This document shows positions 24,058 through 28,943 of a stretch of DNA of 28,943 nt, piece after piece (positions within the stretch are counted from its first letter, which is position 1; each line of letters opens with the position of its first letter). This DNA comes from a virus. Taxonomy: Duplodnaviria; Heunggongvirae; Uroviricota; Caudoviricetes. The translations under genes and the position numbers were made by a program. The DNA is taken from positions 1 to 28,943 of the IMG/VR virus record IMGVR_UViG_3300028042_000001; one strand, given 5' to 3'. The notes under the pieces are model-generated. The model made no database searches, was not told where the DNA came from, and saw only the letters and a program-made list of their open reading frames with translations.

Positions 24058-26364
24058 ATGTTCGATACTAAATCCCAACAAAGAGTTGGAAATGATGGTT
24101 ATATATGGTTTTTTGGAGTTGTCGAAGATATAGATGATCCATTACAGCTTGGGCGTGTTCGTGTTCGTATTGTTGGTGATCATACACAATCATTAAAAAA
24201 TATTCCAAAAGATTCTCTTCCTTGGGCATATATGATGAATAATAATAGATCATCATCTATGCAAGGTATTGGGGATTCTCCTACTGGTTTATATGTACTT
24301 GGAGCATGGGTTACAGGATTTTATTGGGACGGTATAGATAAACAACAACCTGTTATTACACATTCATTTGGTGGTATTCCAGAATCTATCCCTTGGACTC
24401 CTAAAAAGGCTGAAGAAGAAGAAGGCGATTCAAAAAAACAAAAAACTAATGTAACAGATGAAAAGAAATTATCAGGGGCAAGTACAGGGTTCCAAGATCC
24501 AAATGAAGAATTCCCTATGGGTCATGCTATTTTCGAACAAGACACAAACCGTTTAGCAAGAAACTCTCCTGATGATCATGCATTTGAAATACCTGAAAAT
24601 CTTGTTCCTAAACAAGAAGAAATGATTGAAGGTGGGTTGTGTCCTAAAAAACCTGTTTATGGTAAGAAATATTATGATAAGTTTGATGAAGCATTTGTTC
24701 GTAAATTTGCACAAGGAGAAGAAAAAAAACATAAATGTGATGATACTGTTATTGGTGCTTCTAAATGTGATACTAAAGAATTAAAAGTAAAAGATAAAAA
24801 AGATGATAAGTGCCAATTTTTTATAACAACAAATGATCATCCTTTTACCATTTATAAATTTATTAATAAAGAAAGATTTATTCCTAAATGTAAAGTCTTT
24901 GCTGATCCTATGCATAGGGATGTGTGGCATGAACCAGATAATCCTTGGGGCACCAAATATCCATATAATAAAGTATGGGAAGGATATCATAAAGAAGGAA
25001 CCACAGAAATAAAAAATCCTAAGAATAAGTTTGTTTCAGAATCATATGGTTATAATAAAACTATGGAAAATTATGATGGTTCTGAAAAAGAAGGTATATA
25101 TCGTAAGCAAAAATGTGGTATAGGTTCATGGGGTCTTGGTGAAGAATGGGATTCAACAGAAGGTGCTCAACGATATCATAGATTTCATCCTAGCGCAAAT
25201 TATTTCGAAATTGATAATGATGGTAATGAAATGCGGAAAATATATGGTGATTCTTTTGAAATAGATCTTAAAGATAAAACAATTCTTATTAAAGGTGATT
25301 GGAATATTACGGTAGAAGGAGATAAGAATGAATTAATTGAAGGTGATTATAATCTTCAAATAATGAAAGATATGAATGTTGATATAAGAAATGATCTAAA
25401 ATTTCATACAGATGGAAAAGCAGAATATCATCATAAAGAAGATTATAATATGAGAATTGATGGTAATGAAGATCGTATAGTAAATGGTGATAGAAATACA
25501 AGTATCCTTAAACGTGATTATATTGAGTCTGTTGATGCAGAGAGACGTGCTAATACCATTGTTCGTAAAGGTGCAGAATCAATGATTGACGAAGCATTTA
25601 AGTTATATGAGCTTAAAGTATTTGATATGAAGATGAACGTATGTTCTCTTGACAGTAATATTAAAACTTGGAATAATAAAACAGAAACTAAGACTGATGA
25701 TATTATAGACATTACAGAGAAATTTAATTCACATATAATAGATGTAAATACTCTTAATGAAACTATAGGAACTCATACAGAATCTAAAGATACACATAAT
25801 GAATTTTTAACACATTATAATGGATGTGTTGATTTTTGGAAAATAAACACAGAAGATTTTGAAGTATATTATACAGATACATTATTATTTGAACTTGGTG
25901 GAACTGGTGGTGGATGTTCTACTCAAGGAGGAGGTTCTGTCGAAAGTCCTGAAATTGTAGAGATGGGGAAAGTTAATTACCCAGAAACTGATGGAATACA
26001 AAAATGTCTTAAAAAATATAATGAATGTATCGATGCGGCAAAGGGTGCTTGTACAACAACTCTTAAAGATCCTCGTACTTTGGAGGATTATGAACGGTTT
26101 GATTGGGAAAAATATCACGCATCTATAGAATCATGTAAAAAATCGTATAAGGCATGTATAGAAGCAAATAAAGGAAAAGAGTGTGATGTTTGTAGTCCAG
26201 TTCCCGGAACAGATGAATGGGAATGCAAACCATGTCATGATCCTAATTGTCCTTCAGAAGATAAAGAATGGATATTTTATAATTGTGAATGTAAATGTGA
26301 TCATAAAAAGAAAGAAGAAATTAAAATTGATCCGTGGGAAGATTGTGAGAAGATAGATGTATAA
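24058..26364 (+). CDS. gp5: Baseplate central spike gp5 (no lysozyme; Cys-rich extension)
   Basis: OB-fold 'WFFGVVEDIDDPLQLGRVRVRI.G.H', 'YPYNKV', 8-aa beta-helix repeats; start reassigned to ATG 24058. Confidence 0.93.
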   Translation: MFDTKSQQRVGNDGYIWFFGVVEDIDDPLQLGRVRVRIVGDHTQSLKNIPKDSLPWAYMMNNNRSSSMQGIGDSPTGLYVLGAWVTGFYWDGIDKQQPVITHSFGGIPESIPWTPKKAEEEEGDSKKQKTNVTDEKKLSGASTGFQDPNEEFPMGHAIFEQDTNRLARNSPDDHAFEIPENLVPKQEEMIEGGLCPKKPVYGKKYYDKFDEAFVRKFAQGEEKKHKCDDTVIGASKCDTKELKVKDKKDDKCQFFITTNDHPFTIYKFINKERFIPKCKVFADPMHRDVWHEPDNPWGTKYPYNKVWEGYHKEGTTEIKNPKNKFVSESYGYNKTMENYDGSEKEGIYRKQKCGIGSWGLGEEWDSTEGAQRYHRFHPSANYFEIDNDGNEMRKIYGDSFEIDLKDKTILIKGDWNITVEGDKNELIEGDYNLQIMKDMNVDIRNDLKFHTDGKAEYHHKEDYNMRIDGNEDRIVNGDRNTSILKRDYIESVDAERRANTIVRKGAESMIDEAFKLYELKVFDMKMNVCSLDSNIKTWNNKTETKTDDIIDITEKFNSHIIDVNTLNETIGTHTESKDTHNEFLTHYNGCVDFWKINTEDFEVYYTDTLLFELGGTGGGCSTQGGGSVESPEIVEMGKVNYPETDGIQKCLKKYNECIDAAKGACTTTLKDPRTLEDYERFDWEKYHASIESCKKSYKACIEANKGKECDVCSPVPGTDEWECKPCHDPNCPSEDKEWIFYNCECKCDHKKKEEIKIDPWEDCEKIDV

Positions 26365-26387
26365 AAATAAAAAAGAAGGATGTTATC

Positions 26388-26816
26388 ATGTATGACTATA
26401 CACAAAACTACTATAAAAATAAAGATAATACTTCTAGAGAAATTACAGATCTAGATTATGTATTTGGTATTCATCCTGTATCAAAAGATATAAGAAAGAA
26501 AAATGATATTCAGGCTATAAAACAATCAATAAGAACTCTTGTTTTATTAAATCATTACGAGAAACCTTTTCATCCTGATATCGGTTGTGATGTTTATAAA
26601 TCATTATTTGAACCATTTGAAGGAAAATTTACTGAAAATATGATGAAAAGACATATTCATAATGTAATTGATAATTATGAACCAAGAGCGACATTAAAAA
26701 AAATAGAAATTAATACCAAAGAAGATGAAAATTTTCTTGGTATTACTATATGGTTTGTTCCTGTAGGAGAAATTGATGTAATTTCTGTTGATATATTTTT
26801 GAAAATTGTAAGATAA
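26388..26816 (+). CDS. gp25: Baseplate wedge protein gp25
   Basis: 'AIKQSIR.L...EKPFHPDIGC.V..SLFE...I.NYEPR'. Confidence 0.95.
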   Translation: MYDYTQNYYKNKDNTSREITDLDYVFGIHPVSKDIRKKNDIQAIKQSIRTLVLLNHYEKPFHPDIGCDVYKSLFEPFEGKFTENMMKRHIHNVIDNYEPRATLKKIEINTKEDENFLGITIWFVPVGEIDVISVDIFLKIVR

Positions 26817-26819
26817 ATA
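26812..26819 (+). promoter_or_regulatory. Late promoter variant
   Basis: GATAAATA-ATACT overlapping the gp25 stop, upstream of gp6. Confidence 0.45.
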
Positions 26820-26848
26820 ATACTAGGTAATATAAAAAGGTAAAAATA

Positions 26849-28672
26849 ATGAACACAAACACAGGTAAAATATCAGTAACAGAATTAGATTTTGATTTTA
26901 TTAAACAAAATCTAATAACATATCTTCAAAGTCAAGAAGAATTTACTGATTATAATTTTGAAGGATCATCAATGAATGTTCTTATGGATATTCTTTCATC
27001 TAATACTCATATGAATGCATATATGGCAAATATGATGGCTAATGAAATGTTTCTTGATTCTGGATCAATAAGACAATCAATTGTATCAAAAGCAAAAGAA
27101 ATAGGATATACTCCTAGATCGGCTCGTTCTTCTATAGCTCCTGTTAATATATATATTAATAATGTTGCAGGAAGCCCTCAACAAATAACAATGAATGCAG
27201 GGACTATATTTGATACATCATTTAAATATACATTTGCTTCAAAAGAAGATTATACTTTATATCCATCAAAAAATGATCCAACAATATATGAGGCACTTGA
27301 TGTTAAATTATATGATGGTAATTATATAGAATTTCATTATACTGTAAATTTAAGTGATCATGATCAACAATTTATCATTCCATCTAAAGATGTGGATATG
27401 AGTACTTTGCGAGTTTTTGTCCAACCAGACAAAACATCTTCTCAAATAACTGAATACTTTATTAATGATGATATTAATAGATTAAAACCAGATTCTAAAA
27501 TATTTTTTACTCATGAAACTCCTGAAGGCTTTTTTGAGGTAACATTTGGTGATGGTATTTTAGGAGAAAAAAATATTAATGAAAATTATATCACTTTAAC
27601 ATATATCATATCACGAGGAAAAGAAGAGGCAAATAATATTGTAAAATTTACTCCTATTGTTGATATTAGTGGATATGGAAGTATTGTTGTAGAAACCATA
27701 GAACCTTCTTATGGTGGATCTGAAAATGAATCAATAAAAGATATAAAATTTTTAGCTCCTAAAATGTATCAATCACAAAAAAGAGCTGTAACAATTCAAG
27801 ATTATGAAACTTTTATTATTCATGATTATCCTTGGATCGATACTATAAATTCATGGGGTGGAGAATATAATGATCCTCCTATATATGGAAAAGTCTTTTT
27901 TGCTATTAAACCTAAACATACTGAATTTGTTTCTCCTAAATTAAAAGAAAGTATTATAAAAGATTTAGTTAAAAAATACAATGTTATCACTATAGTACCA
28001 GAAATAATAGATCCTGATTATATATACATCAGTATAAACACAAAAGTATTTTATGTTCGTTCAAATACCATATTAAGTGAGAGTGTAATGGAAAATATGG
28101 TATCTTCTACTATATACGAGTATTTTAATAATACAACAGAGAAATTTAAAATGGACTTTAGATTTTCTCCAATGACATCTAGAATTGATTCTACTGATAA
28201 ATCATTTGATAGTTCTTTATCAGATATAACCATACATAAGAGAATATATCCTATAGTAAATCTTGCTCAAACTTTTAATATTAAATTTAATAATGCATTA
28301 GAAAAAAAATCAATAGAATCATCATATTTTAATATAGAAGATTCTGTCTTTAAAGGAGCAACAATAGAATCTGTTATAGTTGATAATGGTAAAGGTAATA
28401 TGCAACTTATATATGTTAATACTGGTGTTGTTATTAACGATGATATAGGAACTGTTGATTATGATAAAGGAATAGTTTCAATTACAGTATTTCCTTATAA
28501 TTTACCACCAGATACACAAGATATCAGAATATATGCTACTCCGAAATCTAAAAATATCATATCTGGGTATAATCAAATAATTTTACCAGATAAATCATCG
28601 GTTAATCATGATGTTAATAGAAAACAAGGCGTGTTTGTTAGTATGGATGATATAGAATTAAAAAAAGGATAA
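26849..28672 (+). CDS. gp6: Baseplate wedge protein gp6
   Basis: 'ELDFD.IK..L..YL..Q.EFTDYNFEGS', 'FGDG..G', 'Q.RAVT..DY', 'WGGE'. Confidence 0.96.
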   Translation: MNTNTGKISVTELDFDFIKQNLITYLQSQEEFTDYNFEGSSMNVLMDILSSNTHMNAYMANMMANEMFLDSGSIRQSIVSKAKEIGYTPRSARSSIAPVNIYINNVAGSPQQITMNAGTIFDTSFKYTFASKEDYTLYPSKNDPTIYEALDVKLYDGNYIEFHYTVNLSDHDQQFIIPSKDVDMSTLRVFVQPDKTSSQITEYFINDDINRLKPDSKIFFTHETPEGFFEVTFGDGILGEKNINENYITLTYIISRGKEEANNIVKFTPIVDISGYGSIVVETIEPSYGGSENESIKDIKFLAPKMYQSQKRAVTIQDYETFIIHDYPWIDTINSWGGEYNDPPIYGKVFFAIKPKHTEFVSPKLKESIIKDLVKKYNVITIVPEIIDPDYIYISINTKVFYVRSNTILSESVMENMVSSTIYEYFNNTTEKFKMDFRFSPMTSRIDSTDKSFDSSLSDITIHKRIYPIVNLAQTFNIKFNNALEKKSIESSYFNIEDSVFKGATIESVIVDNGKGNMQLIYVNTGVVINDDIGTVDYDKGIVSITVFPYNLPPDTQDIRIYATPKSKNIISGYNQIILPDKSSVNHDVNRKQGVFVSMDDIELKKG

Positions 28673-28675
28673 AAT

Positions 28676-28943
28676 ATGAAAGATTCTTATAAATTAATAA
28701 GTTCTCAGATAGAAAAGGAAATTCCTCAATTTATTCGTATGGAATATCCAAGTTTTGTAACTTTTATTAAATCATATTATCAATGGATGGAAAAAGAAGG
28801 TGCTCCTTATCATTTTATAGCAAATGCTTTAAATTTTTCTGATGTTGATAGAACCTCTATTCAGCTTCTTGATGAATTTGCTAAGAATTTTCTATCACCG
28901 TTACCTAATAATATATATGATAATAATAATATAGCTACATTAG
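28676..28943 (+). CDS. Baseplate wedge protein gp7-like, truncated by window end
   Basis: MKDSYKLISSQIEKEIPQFIRMEYPSFVTFIKSYYQWME..., open to the end; follows gp6. Confidence 0.75.
   Translation, partial: MKDSYKLISSQIEKEIPQFIRMEYPSFVTFIKSYYQWMEKEGAPYHFIANALNFSDVDRTSIQLLDEFAKNFLSPLPNNIYDNNNIATL

Noticed and set aside
13837-28943. Introns or inteins in core genes
   Set aside because: Genes are of expected size and continuous; no intein terminal motifs or embedded endonuclease seen.

Overview
An AT-rich (by eye under about 30% GC) segment of a large T4-like myophage genome in the standard genetic code. 1-13850 is accessory: two tRNAs (Gln-TTG, Trp-CCA) bracketed by a repeated ~40-bp stem-loop element, a lipoprotein/secreted-protein pair, an ArfA-like peptide, an HNH-AP2 endonuclease, a SAM-methyltransferase-like gene, small hypotheticals, a virion appendage cluster, a lysis-like cluster (PLA2-like protein, M15 endolysin), a SleB-like hydrolase and three YD-like repeat paralogs. 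13837-15751 holds gp33, gp59 and gp32. 15844-28943 is the tail/baseplate module: tape-measure-like, gp51-like, gp26, gp54, gp2 and gp4 on the minus strand; gp48, gp53, gp27-like, gp5, gp25, gp6 and a partial gp7-like gene on the plus strand. Main points of interest: (1) an ArfA-like ribosome-rescue peptide with a terminator hairpin inside its ORF; (2) a probable -1 frameshift joining gp26 to a gp51-like ORF; (3) leaderless late genes with a shared start signature; (4) inverted repeats pairing early-promoter spacers with the downstream RBS region; (5) a mosaic 63-bp repeat gene family; (6) a lysozyme-less gp5 with a Cys-rich C-terminal extension. All calls come from motif recognition and synteny; no searches were run.
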